A model generated the notes under the pieces. The model did not search any database. It saw nothing but the letters and a program-made list of their open reading frames with translations, and was not told where the DNA came from. 64,000 nucleotides of DNA from the human T2T-CHM13v2.0 reference genome, Homo sapiens: assembly GCF_009914755.1 (NCBI RefSeq), contig NC_060932.1. One strand, 5' to 3'. Position numbers and translations under genes: made by a program. Positions within the stretch are counted from its first letter, which is position 1; each line of letters begins with the position of its first letter. Below are positions 37,750 through 54,023 of this stretch, piece after piece.

Positions 37750-39781
37750 CAACACAGATTAATGATTTTATTTCACTAAATTTGTTCAGGGATACATACT
37801 TCAGAAACGCTTAGAGAGGATTTTATCTATGGACTTGATGAAGAACTAAGATGGAATGAGATTTCATGAAAGTTAAGGTTTAAGACATACACACAGCACA
37901 TAAGCACTGGGTATTTGCTGAAGGCATTTATGGAGAAGAACTGAAGTTATCATGATAATACCTTGCCAGAGGCATAAATCACCTCTCAGGCTTTCTTTTG
38001 AGGGTTCAAAAAAACACAACTCACTTCATTTTATATGCAATTTAAAATCTGACCTTTAACAAGGAATCCCCCTTTCCAGTCTTTATTTCTTTAATATTAT
38101 CAAATAAAATGGCAGAGAGAGAAATTCCCTTTCATCCTCAATACTACCCATTAAGTATGCTCCTTCCTCCAAACAGCGTGCTTCCCTTGAATAACATACA
38201 GCAGTTCCAAAATAGTTTGTTACCCTCTTTAGTAAAAACATCTACAAAATTAAATTTCTTAAATGTTGATGAACAATGAAGAATGTTACACAGGGGAAAA
38301 AAAAGAAAAAAACCTTCCAAGACCAGCCCAATCACTTCTTTTTGGATGCAAAAACTAAGGCCGATGGAGGTTAAGAGATATGTCCAAGATCATATTTAGT
38401 TAATGAAAGAGCTGGGATTGGGAAGAACCCAGTTATAGACACCTTCTCTCATCCAATGTGATCCTTCTGGCTTCTATAAGGAGGTATTGGTTTTGGTTCT
38501 CCTTTCTCACACGCTGGCTGACAAAGCCCAGCCAGAGCTACCTAATGAAGACGCTGCTCACTGCTAAGCACACCAAGGGCACAGCCTTCAATACAATGAG
38601 AGCTGATGCTAAGCAAGCACTCGTCAATTCCCCCTCATGCCATGACACAGACATGAGCATCACAGACTCTTCCTGTCCTCTGGCTGCCTTCTGAGGCTTG
38701 TGGCTTTCCATGATGAAGAATGGAAATCATGACACAACAGTGGCAACAGGCTTTTAGTATCATCTAGAAACCTCCCCTCCCTCACATGGAAAGAAAACAT
38801 GAGCCAGTGTTTTCCTCCTTGTCTTCTGAGGTGCTCCAGTAGATGCCCCAGACAGGAGAGCTGAACCTTCCCTATAGCAGGATCCGAAATGACAGGAAAT
38901 GCCCACAAACTGAATGCCTGTGGCTGCCACTGTGACAGGCTGCACATCATCCTACGAACAGACAAATCAGCTTCAGCACAATTGGAGTTCCTGGGGGTAT
39001 TCACTTCTACTCTCGCGCTGCTCAAAATGTCCAGGCTGTCCAGCCTGAATCATAAGCATAGCAATTCTTAATATTATTCTGCGCAGCAGAAGGGGTAAGT
39101 GGTAACATCTCACTAATCAAAACACACAGGAGTTACTGTGTCTTTACAAGACATTCTACTTTGAAGGGAAAATGGGAGGCGATAGGGCAAGGCACAACTA
39201 AAGAAAGTGAGAGAGGTGGCTCAGGGTATGGAGAAGAAGGTAGACACACATAAGTTCTTTTCACTTGAAGAGTGGATAGTGGATAAACTTGAAACAGCTT
39301 TTATTACTCACTTACATCCCTGGAAACCAACAGATGGGATCTCTCATTGCCAAGTTCTAATGTATTTCATGTTCATGCTCGGCTGCAGGATACCAGGTTT
39401 GCCAAATACCAATAAGCTGTTGAGAGTGAGGTGAGTATCAAGAATCTATAGCTAGATCGTCTCCCTCCATTGCACAAGGAAAGTACTCACTCTAGGTGAA
39501 TTTCCACAAAAGGCAGTAAGTATGTGGGTCCACAGACACGGACATGGAAGATAACCAGTGTCCATAAGAAATATTTCCTTTTTTAGTATAAAAAATATAG
39601 TGGCTACCCCTAAGGGTAATTTACATCTATTCCTTGAAAGGGCTCATTATGAGTACTGCAGCAACTAATTATTATCCTGATGGATAGTCAACAGAATAGC
39701 TATTATGTTCAAATATTAAGGCAACCTAGAAAATAAACCTCAAGAAGGCTCTAGTCTGTTTCATTCTGATCATTTTTGAAA
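37750..39781 (-). other. FUT10: FUT10 3' UTR (distal end approximate)
   Basis: Mostly unique sequence downstream of the stop codon. Minus-strand AATAAA hexamers at 39300-39305, 38082-38087 and 37767-37772. The end is inferred from the most distal hexamer. Confidence 0.6.
37767..37772 (-). terminator. Candidate polyadenylation signal AATAAA for FUT10
   Basis: tttatt on + strand, followed on the minus strand by T-rich sequence. Usage is not provable from sequence alone. Confidence 0.55.
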
Positions 39782-40009
39782 TCAGTCCTTGAATACTAGG
39801 CCCCAAAACTCTTGAGATGAAAAGTTTTGATTCCTATCAACCAGCCACCTTAGTGCCTGGGCTTCTTTCTTGGATTGTTCAAAGCTGGAAATCCACATCT
39901 CTCGCAAAGAGCTCAAAGGTGGAGTCCGGAGTGGTGAGAAAGCAAACACTGTGGGCTCTGGGCAACTCAGGTGGGTATCTTCTGCCTCCCATCTTTTGGG
40001 TGGTAAGCC
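39782..40009 (-). CDS. FUT10: FUT10 terminal coding segment (75 aa + TGA): GLPPKRWEAEDTHLSCPEP...EFWGLVFKD*
   Basis: Polypyrimidine tract plus acceptor ttttctcttcctgcag|GGC TTA CCA. Phase 0 matches the upstream donor. 228 nt to the stop codon, recognised as the FUT10 C-terminus. Confidence 0.95.
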   Translation of the reverse strand, partial: GLPPKRWEAEDTHLSCPEPTVFAFSPLRTPPLSSLREMWISSFEQSKKEAQALRWLVDRNQNFSSQEFWGLVFKD

Positions 40010-40124
40010 CTGCAGGAAGAGAAAAGAGAAATGAATTAAAAACATATGATAATGAAGCACAATTCCCTTAAAGCAACAGACTTTCCTTAAAACAACAGCT
40101 TTACTCCATGGAGCTAAAGGGGAA

Positions 40125-40290
40125 AGAAAGCATCTCACATATTGCCTCACTTAATTCTTATGGTAAGCATATTGAATAGGTGCTACTACCCCATTTTACA
40201 GGAGTGGAAACTAAACCACAAAAAAGTTACATAAATTGCCCCAAACAGTATATACTTAAGATCGAATATAGTTCTCTTTAGATTCTAAAG
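40125..40290. mobile_element. MIR
   Basis: ccccattttacaggagtggaaactaaaccacaaaaaagttacataaattgcccca. Confidence 0.6.
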
Positions 40291-41182
40291 CCTTCCCCTC
40301 CCTCTGGTTATTTATCTGTTGATTTGTTTATTCCTTTTCCCCCTATTATCCCACCCCTATCCTCCTCCCCATAGGCAAATATTTTAAGATGTTTAACACA
40401 GTTCTTTGTATTTGCATGTAAGCGTATTCGAATACTCATTGCAAAATGTGTTCTCAATCTCTGGGCATTTATTTTTAATATACTTATATGTTATTGTATG
40501 TCTCATTTGTTTGCTACTTTTCACCAAGCACTGTTTTTACATCTATCTATGTTGTCACATATTACAACTAATCCCTGTTTTTAATATATTTCCACTGCAC
40601 TCAACTGTCCCCAGTACTAAGATGTTTCCACCCAACAATAATGGTACCTGACATTGGCATAATACCTCCCAGCTTCAAAATGCTGCAATGAGCTTGGTCC
40701 ACGCTCAGTCTTGGCTTATTTCCATGGTCTCCTAACTAACCCCTTGATTCCACTTCTGATCCTCTGCAGGCTACACTCGGCAGCCCTTCTCATTCCAAGT
40801 TCAAGTCCAAGTCCTTAAAATGGCCTACATGTTCAGGATTTGACCTTCCAATAATTTAGAAGGGAGAAAGGGAGAAAAGAAAAAAAAAAGTAAAAGAGAA
40901 AGAGGAGAGACAGAAAAACTCCAGGATAACAGAGTGAACACACATATCCAATTTCATTTCCTCCAGAAACACCATTAAAATGAGAGTAAAAGGACTGTTC
41001 TTGAAAGGCATTAACCTGTAAGAATTGGGAGAATGGAAGAGGGCAGAAGAGTAACAAAACATAGAAGAATAGGAAAATTAGCAACTTCACAGTGGGAAAA
41101 CCTAGCACATACCACCTGAACCAAGCAATCAAAGTTAACATTACCAGTTATACGTTATGTTGGTATAATGCATCCCCTGATA

Positions 41183-41483
41183 CAGGGGTCCTCAACTCCC
41201 GGGTCATGAACCAGTACTGTTCCCTGGCCTGTTAGGAACCGGGCTGCAGAGCAGGAGGTGAGCAGCATGCATGTGAGCATTGCCGTCTGAGCTCTGCCTC
41301 CTGTCAGATCATCAGCAACATTAGATTCTCCTAAGAGGGTGAACCTTATTGTGAACTGCACATGTGAGGAATCCAGCTTGCTCACTCCTTATAAACATCT
41401 AATCCCCCACCCACCTACCGGTCTGTGGAAAAATTGTCTCCCACAAAATAGGTCTCTGGTGCCAAAAAGGTTAGGAACAGCTG
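41183..41483 (+). mobile_element. MER1B hAT-Charlie MITE with 8-bp TSD, inside an L1MC 3' fragment (~41085-41945)
   Basis: caggggtcctcaactccc ... ggtgccaaaaaggttaggaacagctg. TSD ccctgata (41175-41182) / ccctaata (41484-41491). Confidence 0.9.
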
Positions 41484-42063
41484 CCCTAATAGGATGCAAT
41501 GAGAACACGTTTACCTCTGTGGTATTATTCCCCATAATCCATAACCCAAGTGTTAACATGAGAAGACATTAGACAAACCGTATGAAGGGACATTCTACAA
41601 AATACTGACCAGTACTCTTCAAAAGTTATTAAAAATAAGAAAAAGCTTGAGCAACTGTCCAGACTGGAGGAGACTAATGAAACGTGATGGTTTAATTACA
41701 GCCTGGTATCCCGAATTTGATCCTAGCGCAGACAGAGGATGTTACAGAAATATGGCCAAATATGACTAAAGAGAAATATGACTAGACTCTGCAGTTTAGC
41801 AAGCAGTAATGTGCCAATATGAATTTCTTATTGGTGACAAATGTACCACAGTTACATAAAATGATAGCATGAGGGGAAGCCAGGGAAAAGGCATACAGAA
41901 CTCTGAACTATCTTTAAAATATTCTGTAAAAAAAATTAAAAGTGTTTTTAGTAAAAGACAATGGCAAAATACCTTCAAAATTCTGAGAAAAATGAATGTC
42001 CATTTTAGTGGTTTACAGTCAGCTAACCTATTGCTTAAATTTAGGGTAGAATGAAGACATTTT

Positions 42064-42501
<438 letters not shown>

Positions 42502-42939
42502 TAGCATGCAGGAAACAGATGTCAACAGAAGAGAAAAAAAGAAAAGAAAGAAAATTCCCAAAATGCTGGGGAAGTGACATCTCAGGCTGCTGCTCCACAC
42601 TAAGGTAGAGGACAATGAGCACAGATAGGAGTGGGTCAGAGGCTCCGGGAGAGATCCCTTCCATAAGATCAAGAGAGCTGGATGCCTGCCATATCTCAAC
42701 ATCTTCAGAGGAGAGTTAAACAATCAACAAAGACTGAATGACTGACAGGTACATGGAAAAATAATCAAATAAAGATGCAATTATTACCTGGGAAAGAAAC
42801 AAAAAACTGTATATGTAAGGGGGAAAATGATAGTGTACTACATGGTTTATTTTTTAATAACAGTCACACAGTTATATTCAAACACTGAATATAAAAAGAA
42901 TACTATGTAAATGTGTTACTTAGAAACATAGAGTAAATA

Positions 42940-43240
42940 GGCCAGGTGTGGTGGCTCATTCCTGTAATCCCAGCACTTTCGGAGGCCAAGGCAGGTGGAT
43001 CACCTGAGGTCAGGAGTTAGAGACCAGCCTGGCCAACATGGTGAAACCCTGTCTTTACCAAAAATACAAAAATGAGCCGGGTGTGGTGGCGCGTGCCTGT
43101 AATCCCAGCTACTCAGGAGGATGAGGCAGGAGAATCGCTTGAACCCAGGAGACAGAGGTTACAGTGAGCCAAGATCATGCCACTGCACACCAGCCTGGGT
43201 GAGAGAGTGAGACTCCATCTCAAAAAGAAAAAAAAAAAAC
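42940..43240 (+). mobile_element. Alu (AluS-like)
   Basis: Full dimer. Confidence 0.95.
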
Positions 43241-44159
43241 AACAGGAAAAGAAACAGAAACATTGGGTAAATACCAAAATAGTTAAATAATTAGCTAAAT
43301 ATTGTGGTTGCTTCTGGGAAGGACAGAAAAGGGAAAAGAAGTGGAAGACTGCTGTTTTTGTTAATTAACTTTGTAGAAATATTTGATTCTTCAACCTATA
43401 TGCATGTATATATTTTTCTTAAAAAAAAAACTGTCTTAATGGGAAGACAATCCATTATGTGTCAGGTTTATAATGATTAGAATCTTCATCCATTCCAAAT
43501 TTAGAAAGCATAGCAGAAAAACCAGTTGGAAATATAAAAATGTGGGTGCTACTTATGATTGGCTCAACATATTTTCTTTTCTTTAAAACTCCCATAGGAA
43601 ATATATGAGGAGATACTAGGAGTATTTAGTGTGAAGAGGTGATGACTTTGAGTGAACAGAGTTTGTCTTCAAGCAAAGAAGTCCCTTCAAGTGAAGGGAC
43701 TATATAAGTGGAAGTGTGAATTAACTTGTTTGGTAAAATGTGAAGGATAGAGATGGCCAAGTCCTCCTTTCTCTTGGGAACCACTGATGGATTATCATGA
43801 AGTCTGACTTCCAAGGGCCTAGAACTTGAGCAGGAATTCTTTACCAAGCACAGAGAAGCAGAGTGCAAATTGAAATTGCAAACCATTAGGAATGCTAAGA
43901 CAAAATCTGGGAAATCTATGAATATCAAGTTCAAAGGACCAAAGGTAGGCTCAAAATTGTGATTACATTAGCCAGAGTTCATGGTTGGATAGAGACTGGA
44001 TTTGAAGCAAGAACAGAACAAAATCACGTAAGGAGATGCAAAACAACTTTCAACTTTTGAGAGGCCACTGTTCACCTCTATTGGCTGGTAGGTACAGATG
44101 CCAGACTGTATCCTGCCAAACTGAGGAATCAGAGCAGGTAGCTAAGAATTGACTATAAA

Positions 44160-44450
<291 letters not shown>

Positions 44451-46102
44451 GAATTGACTATAAAAGGGGAAGTTTCAGTTCAATACAAAGAACCAAATGT
44501 TCTGTTTATCTTTTGTCAAAACAAACAAAAGATAAAATAAGCTACCTTTAAAAATAATGAAATCACCAACACTGAAAATGCCCCAGCACAAATTAATGGA
44601 TGGCTTGCTCATGATACTCGAGTCACCAGTCAGCTGGTAATTGTACAGATCACATAACCTTCCAAGGTCTTCCCAACCCTGACCTTGCATAACGGTTTAT
44701 ATGAGAAAGTCAGTAATATTACCCTATTTCCTTGCCTTCCCACTCAGGAGAGGAGCCCATCAAGTGTAGGATAAAGTTCCAACTCAAGGTGACATCACAG
44801 AGAAAAGAATCTTATGAAATGAACTCTTTCCACTCTAACATTCTGCCAGAAATATTTCACAGTATGACCCAAAGGAAGTGTGTCTGATGAAGTAGTTATG
44901 ACAGTTTTAGAAGTAACTTAAGTTTCAGTATCCCTTTCCAGCTGAGGTCTTGTGCGGAAAAACCAGCTGTTTCTAAAGTATGATTTTAAAAGATTTTGTT
45001 TCCAAAGAGAACGTGGTTCCTAGCAATGAGAAAAATACAGATAATCCTTGAATTCATAACTTCTTGAGCCCATCAGGGAACTGAATTCCAGAGGGTGACA
45101 AAGCCCCTTTGAGGAAAGATGGATAATCTGTTTCACCTTTGGCAGAACACAGGAGAGAGAGGTGATCACCATACAAACAGGTAACAAGAAATCAGTTAAA
45201 ATTTTAATAAATTCTTAGAAGTGGAGTAACCATATCAGCTGGAATAGCTGGGATGCCCAGATACAAAAATGAGAGTTCAAACTCATCAAAAGCTCTTTTC
45301 TATGGACCTCCATCAAATGCTCAAAAGGAAGATTGGGGGCAGCACAGGATTGGAAAGAGTCTCCCTCCTTGGCACAGCGTGGTGGATGATCTTCCTCTGC
45401 TAGGGGAATTCAGGAAGCCTCTCCACCCTCCCCAGACCTTTTCCTCATACATGTAAAGGCCTTAAGCCACTGCGGGAGCAGTAGCAAACGCTTCTGCTCC
45501 CAGATCCAAGGGAAAAATCTATTACTTCTTGGGGAGAGGGAGAAGCAAAACTCCTCTTTCTCATGGTTGGGTGCAGGATGGAAACCATTTTGGGCCTAGA
45601 ATCCTATCATGATACCAGAAGTTACACCACTGGGGAGGGGCATAAACTCTCCCTCCAACTAACCACAGATACAAGGCAGAGCTTGGCTGCCAAGAGAAGA
45701 AGAGGCAAGGACACTGGAAAAGCTTCACCCCTGAGACCCAGGAATCCAGAACCTGCCTGAGGCTGTGAAGACAACAAAGAACCTGCCGTACTCCCAACAT
45801 AAGTTTACTGCTAAGGAATGAATAACAGGAGTTTGCTGGTGGGGAGAAGCAAGAATATTAAAATAGACCTCATCTGTGGCATAGCAATGCAGGAATTGCT
45901 AAAAGCTGAGGGTGGAGGAGAAATACTGAGAAAAACTCTTTAACACCCCAGGCCCCACTTTAAACATAGGCAATAGCAGTGCTTAGTCACTGGATAATTA
46001 TTATTACTGGAAATGTTTGAAACCTGAGGAGCACAAAAGGTAACAATAGCAACACAAAATCCAACTCTAGCTCAACTCTTGACTAACCTGACTCTACCTC
46101 CC

Positions 46103-46478
46103 TAATATGGTTTGGCTTTGTGTCCCCACCCAAATGTCATCTTGAATTGTAATCCCCGTGTGTCAAGGGAGGGAACTGGTGGGAAGTGATTGGATCATGG
46201 GGGTGATCTCCCCCATGCTGTTGTCATGATAGTGAGTTCTCACGAGATCTGATGGTTTAAATGTGTGGCATTTCCTCTCTCTCTCCCTCTCTCCCTCCCT
46301 CCCCTCCTGCTTTGTCGTGGTAAGATGTGTTTGTTTCCCCACTTTGCTTTTCGCCATGATTGTAAGTTTCCCAAGACCTCCCTCGCCATGCAGAACTGTG
46401 AGTCAATTAAACCTCTCTCCTTATAAATACCCAGTCTTGGTTGGTTCTTTATAAGCAGTGGGAAAATGGAGTAATACA
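46103..46478 (+). mobile_element. THE1 (THE1C/D-like) MaLR LTR within an old L1M 5' region (~45130-46760)
   Basis: atatggtttggctttgtgtccccacccaaatgtcatcttgaattgtaatccc ... gaactgtgagtcaattaaacctct ... gagtaataca. Confidence 0.88.
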
Positions 46479-46760
46479 CATCCCTCCTCCCCAACCCACG
46501 CACATTAACAGCCTTGACAGAAAAGAGGCATGTCCATTGCCATACATAAACATTGATCTTGGTCTCTATGCTTTTGTACATAATGTCCAGGAATCAAAAA
46601 AAAAAAAATCATGAAACACATAAAAAGAGAAAAAACAAAAAAACAAACACTATCAAGAGCTAAAGCCATCAACAGAACCAGACTCACAAATGACTCAGAT
46701 GTTGGAACTATCAGGCAGGAACTTTAAACTACCATTAGTATGTTAAAGAATATAGTAAAA

Positions 46761-47054
46761 GGCTGGGCGCAGTGGCTCACGCCTGTAATCTCAGCACTTT
46801 GGGAGGCTGAGGCAGGTGGATCACGAGGTCAGGAGTTCTAGGCCAGCCTGGCCAACATGGCGAAACCCTGTCTCTACTAAAAATACAAAAATTTGCCAGG
46901 TGTGGTGGCATGAACCTGTAGTCCCAGCTAGTCAGGATGCTGAGGCAGGATAATTGCTGGACTCCAAAAGGCAGAGGTTGCAGTGGGCTGAGATCATACC
47001 ACTGCACTCCAGCCTGGGCAACAGAGCAAGACTCTGTCTAAAAAAAAAAAAAAA
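46761..47054 (+). mobile_element. Alu (AluS-like)
   Basis: Full dimer whose tail runs into the AT-rich repeat. Confidence 0.95.
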
Positions 47055-47463
47055 ATATATATATATATAATATATATATACTATATATATAACATACATA
47101 TACACTATATATATGCTATATATATACACTATATATACACTATATATACCCTATATATACTATATATACACTATATATACACTCTATATATATAGTATAT
47201 ATATATACTATATATATAGTATATATATATACTATATATATACTATATATATACACTATATATATACACTATATATATACACTATATATACTATATATAT
47301 ACACTATATATATACTATATATATACACTATATATATATACTATATATATACACTATATATATATACTATATATATATACTATATATATATACTATATAT
47401 ATATACTATATATATATACTATATATATATATACTATATATATATATATACTATATATATATA
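47055..47463 (+). repeat. ~410 bp AT-rich repeat, (TA)n interrupted by C/CAC units
   Basis: Repeating tatatatac / tatatatacac units seen directly. Confidence 0.97.
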
Positions 47464-47703
47464 GTAGAAAAGGGAGACAATATGCATGAACATAAGGGTA
47501 ATTTCAGCAGGGAGATGTAATATAAAACAGGAGTCAAATGGAAATACTAGGTTTCTGCAGCTAAAGAGATGCTGAATTAGGTGATTCCTAAGCTACTTTC
47601 AATTCTGACATTGTATGATTCTAAGACCACCACTTCAAGAAGGTAAAAGAAGATAAATGATAAGAAAATGGATGGTTTATATGTAGAAAACATGAGACAA
47701 CTA

Positions 47704-48350
<647 letters not shown>

Positions 48351-49189
48351 ATTTATATATGTGTATATATAAAATATATAAAGCAATGGAAAATTACTTC
48401 AGGCAACTCCAGTTAAAAAGTAAATTCTATTAACCTTAAGACAGATTGTCTGTTTTGTTCAGCTTAAATACAGATAGGAAATCACCAAATTATCTTGTCT
48501 TTTAGTCTTTCGTACTAAATCCTTTTTTCCTAGAAGCCTTCCCCCATTTTTATACTTTATCATTCTAACTTAAAAAGAAATCCAAACTATTTAAAACATC
48601 ACATTTAATCTGTAGGAAGAAAAATTTTGACCTAAGGTACATCTGTCTTTGAACAACTGACATCATGATACAGGAAGTATAAGATCTTACCCTTCATAGA
48701 TAGTAGATAAAAGTTTGTTCAAAGAAAGGACATGTAAGGTAGTTCATGCTCTCCTGGTAAGTGCCCATTTGATGACTTAGGGTTATTACTTCTGGTGGTG
48801 ATTTAGTACCAAAGGATGTCTTATGCTAGAAAGCGTTAAAATGAAGAGAGTGCACTTAAATGCAGCATTTGTTACGAGTTCATCATCTTAGCGTGGTAGT
48901 TAATGGAATCTCTGTAACAGCTGTATTCTGATACTGTGGCGGTAGTACTAACAGCTGGCTGCCAGTGATTAAGATGGCCTTTTGGAAGACTCTTGTAGAA
49001 GCTTTACCAAAAGCATCCAGATCTCTCATTTTAGAGAATTTTTCCTTCACAGTGCACAAAGCTTATTCCTTTAATAATGTCTAATCTAAACTGTAAGCCC
49101 TATGACAAGGGACCATGTCTTTTCTTGCTTACCATTATCTAGCACAATAATGCCCGAATCAGAGCGCACCTTCAATACAATTTTTTTCA

Positions 49190-49510
<321 letters not shown>

Positions 49511-50059
49511 TGGAGATTTCCAAATAAAAATGGTTGACTAGACACACACTTTTAATTTCATTCCCTCCTGAAATCCCATAAAATGACAGCAAGGTGGTTT
49601 TTTTTTTATGGCATAGATTCCTGAAGAAAAACAAAATGATAAGGAAAACAAAAAATTTCGGAAGTTGCAAAGTTAACAGATGGGTGGCAAATGACTTAGT
49701 TGATGTGAGAAAGCTGAGTTCTAAGAAGCAGCGGGAAAGCAGAAAAGCAACTCAACGTTCACTGCAGCTTGCACAAGATGCTGCAGAATTTGGTGGCGCA
49801 CAGAACTCTGGCAGTGGGTGTAAAGAAGGGGCTGAAAGGGAAGTGGTTGCCAGTTTTGTAGGAGGCAACTGAAGACCCAAATCATCACTGTGCACAAGCA
49901 AGAAACTGACGTTCTCCTACCCCAGCAGCAGCTGAGTATTGTCCAAAGAAACTTAACAGTAGATCATTAGACTAGGGGAGAGCAGGCATGAACGAGGGTA
50001 AGAGTACCGCCCTCTAGCAGATTCCTGAACTTCTCAACTTCATCTATCCCTTGCCCCAC

Positions 50060-50503
50060 CTGCACAGGGCTCTGACCAACAGTACACCTCACCTCCTTCC
50101 ATGTGACTTCCTGCTCTAGAATTTAACTGTTGGAGTCACTGTGGAACTCTTCTCAGCACCCATATCACACACGTGCAACCCAAAAGGTAGAGCAAGTTAG
50201 GACCAGTGGGACAAATTTTGGACTACGGAGAAAGCAGGGCCCATGGATCAATTTTCTCCCCTTCCTTACCTGGAAGGAATGATTCCGAGTGCAGTATGTG
50301 CTTCTCAGGGGCAGGGTCCTGAGGATGAACCAATCACTCCCACTTAACACTCAGCTCAGTAACATCATCGCATTGCCCTCCTTCCTTCCCTGGTTCACTC
50401 CCCTACTCCTCCCTCCAACCCTCTAGGACTGCACTCCCTAACAGAATCACAGCACAGATGCCTCTGTTTCCATTTCTGTTTTCTGTGGAAGCCAGGTTAA
50501 GAT
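50060..50503 (+). mobile_element. LTR16-family ERV-L LTR (5' LTR)
   Basis: Resembles LTR16 and ends tctgttttctgtggaagccaggttaagat, immediately followed by a PBS. Left boundary approximate. Confidence 0.65.
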
Positions 50504-50506
50504 CGT

Positions 50507-50521
50507 TGGTACCAGGAGTGG
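50507..50521 (+). other. Retroviral primer-binding site (tRNA-Leu type)
   Basis: TGGTACCAGGAGTGG just 3' of the LTR, complementary to a tRNA-Leu 3' end (CCACTCCTGGTACCA), typical of ERV-L/MaLR. Confidence 0.75.
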
Positions 50522-50719
50522 CGCTAAAGAGCATTATTCACCTGATGGCAATAAAAGCCCCATTGCTGGTGGTAAATCCCCATTAAAATTAATATCACCT
50601 GCTTTATCACCAGCACTCAACACCTAAGTGAGAAACAGAGGCCCTACTCTGAGAAGAAATAGCTTATATACCAAGAGAAGCAGCAAAGGCTAGGGTGTAC
50701 TGTCAAGAACTGGGTAAGT

Positions 50720-51016
<297 letters not shown>

Positions 51017-51740
51017 TCAGACAGGATAGTAAGTCTGAAGCAACACCATCATCTTGGAAAAACTGTAGAGATCAATGCCCCATAAGACCAAGGAGTTTTC
51101 CCCATCATAATCCCCACCACCACCATTTAATTCACCGTTCTGACCCCTGAAAAAAAAAAAAACAGATAAATCATGGTAGATGGTAGGGGACTACCAGGAA
51201 CTTAACCTGACAGTAGTTCCAACTGCAGCTGCCTTGCTGAAACTGGTATCTACACAGGATCAACATGGCTCCAATCAGTATCTGATATTGATGCACACCA
51301 ATAAGCAGCCACTGAGAGAAAGCTCACAACAAGCAGGTAGGTATTATGAGTTATTGGATTTCAGCCAGCCTGTCCCTTTGTTACCCCAATACTGGTTCCA
51401 CTGACCCATGAACAGGACATTGTAGGAATGATGGAGGCTATGCATGAACAGAAGAGCTTTGGTTCTCACTCACAGGCAGAATTCATCACTGCCACTGTTG
51501 AAGACCTGATCTACCAGCAACAATGATCAATGCTAAAGCTTCTGATAAGGCACAATTCCTTGAGGAGAATATCTAGTCTCTAGTCTCCCAGTGACAGGCT
51601 AAAATCCTTTTACTCGAGAAGGAATAGCAATTAGTCCTTGCTGAAATTGACACCTACCTTAGATATACTCATGGGGAACTTCCTTGTCCCCCATACCTCT
51701 GCCTACTCTATCACTCAGGGGTTACAGAATGCCTTCTTCA

Positions 51741-52038
51741 GGCCGGGCGTGGTGGCTCACATCTGTAATCCCAGCACTATGGGAGGCCGAGGTGGGTGGA
51801 CCACCTGAGGTCAGGTGTTCAAGACCAGCCTGACCAACATGGTGAAACCCCGTCTCTACTAAAAATATAAAAAATTAGCCAGGCATGGTGGTGAGCGCCT
51901 GTAATCCTAACTACTCAGGAGGCTAAGGTAGGAGAATCATTTGAACCCGGGAGGCAGAGGTTGCAGTAAGCCAAGTTCGTGCCACCACACTCCAGCCTGG
52001 GTGACAAAGTGAGAATCTGTCTAAAAAAAACAAAAAAG
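51741..52038 (+). mobile_element. Alu (AluS-like) with TSD agaat(g/a)ccttcttca
   Basis: Full dimer inserted in the ERV-L integrase remnant. Confidence 0.95.
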
Positions 52039-52802
52039 AATACCTTCTTCAGCAACATGGTATTTTGTACAACACTAACTCAGACTCAGGGACCCATTGC
52101 ATGGTGAGAGAGGTACCAAAATGGACACATGACACTGTGACAACAATGTGACAGTGGGCACAGCAGTCACTGGTTTTACCAGGTACTCCATCACTCAGAA
52201 GAAGCCAGCCTCAAAGAACGATGGAATAGCCTATAAATAGCTCAGCTCAAGGACAATACTCTCTGGGTTTAAGAAACCAGTAGTCCATACATGGGACTGT
52301 GCTCCAAATACCTAGACTAGATACAGGAACCAACCCATTGAAGTAGAACTGACTAATCTCACCCTCATTCCCAGTGACCCGCTTGCTTATTTTGTGGTTC
52401 TCATCCCTGCAACCCTAGGCTTTCCAGGTTCCTGGTTCCCGGGTGGTGGGGGAAGGGGCATTCTTTTCCATTAGGGGCACAGGAAGGTTCCCACTGAACT
52501 TGAATCTACAGAACTGTAACTGCTACCCAGTCACTTTGAATTCATTGTGCAAGCAGGAAAATGAAGAAATTATTGTACTGGTCGTGGTAATGGACTCATG
52601 AGGAGATGACATTCCCACTACACGGTAGAAGCAAACAGGGTCTGTCGAGGACGGGGCCATGATGAATGGGGGAAAGTGTAACTGCCATGAACACAGTCTC
52701 AGAGGGGCAAGGCAACCACAGGCTCCTAAGGGAAGAGGGTCTGGGTCACCCTATCAGGCAAGCAGCCAAGAATAGTCAAATCACTGGCCAAGAGTGAAGG
52801 AA

Positions 52803-53005
52803 GGCAGGGCGCAGTGGCTCACACCTGTAATCCTGGCACTTTGGGAGGCCAAGGCAGGTGGATTACTTGAGGTCAGGAGTTCGAGATCAGCCTGGCCAAC
52901 ATGGTGAAACCCCATCTGTACTAAAAATACAAAAAAATTAGCTGGGCATGGTGGCAGGTGCCTGTAATCCCAGCTTCTTAGGAGGCTGAGGCAGGAGAAT
53001 CACTT
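52803..53005 (+). mobile_element. 3'-truncated Alu
   Basis: Stops at gcaggagaatcactt with no tail. Confidence 0.9.
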
Positions 53006-53108
53006 TGGCTGAAAGAGGAAAATAAAAAATGAAACATACTTAAGTAGCTTACTTTACGTTGTGCCATATAGAACGAATCCTGTAAAATAAGTGCAAATGA
53101 AAACTGGT

Positions 53109-53507
<399 letters not shown>

Positions 53508-53731
53508 TCATTAAAATGCAAGCAAAGCCTCCTAATCATCTTCGCTGACCACCTCTCTGGGAGGAATCAGAGCAGGCTGGAGAAAAGCCTACTCTCATTT
53601 TCCTCAATGAGTCCAGAGAGAAGGACATCCAATCATACTACCTTTGGGCATTCTGAAATGCCACATTCAGTTAGCTGTTTCTGTTAGAACTGCAGGAATG
53701 ATCTCCTACATCTTTTCTAAAGCTATTTACC

Positions 53732-54023
<292 letters not shown>

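Noticed and set aside
40010-40150. N-terminal extension of ORF 39782..40150 (MRQYVRCF...)
   Set aside because: It is intronic MIR-like and polypyrimidine sequence upstream of the canonical acceptor at 40010. The true coding portion starts at 40009.
47113-47520. 135-aa Y/I/T-rich ORF
   Set aside because: Translation of the TA-rich repeat, not a gene.
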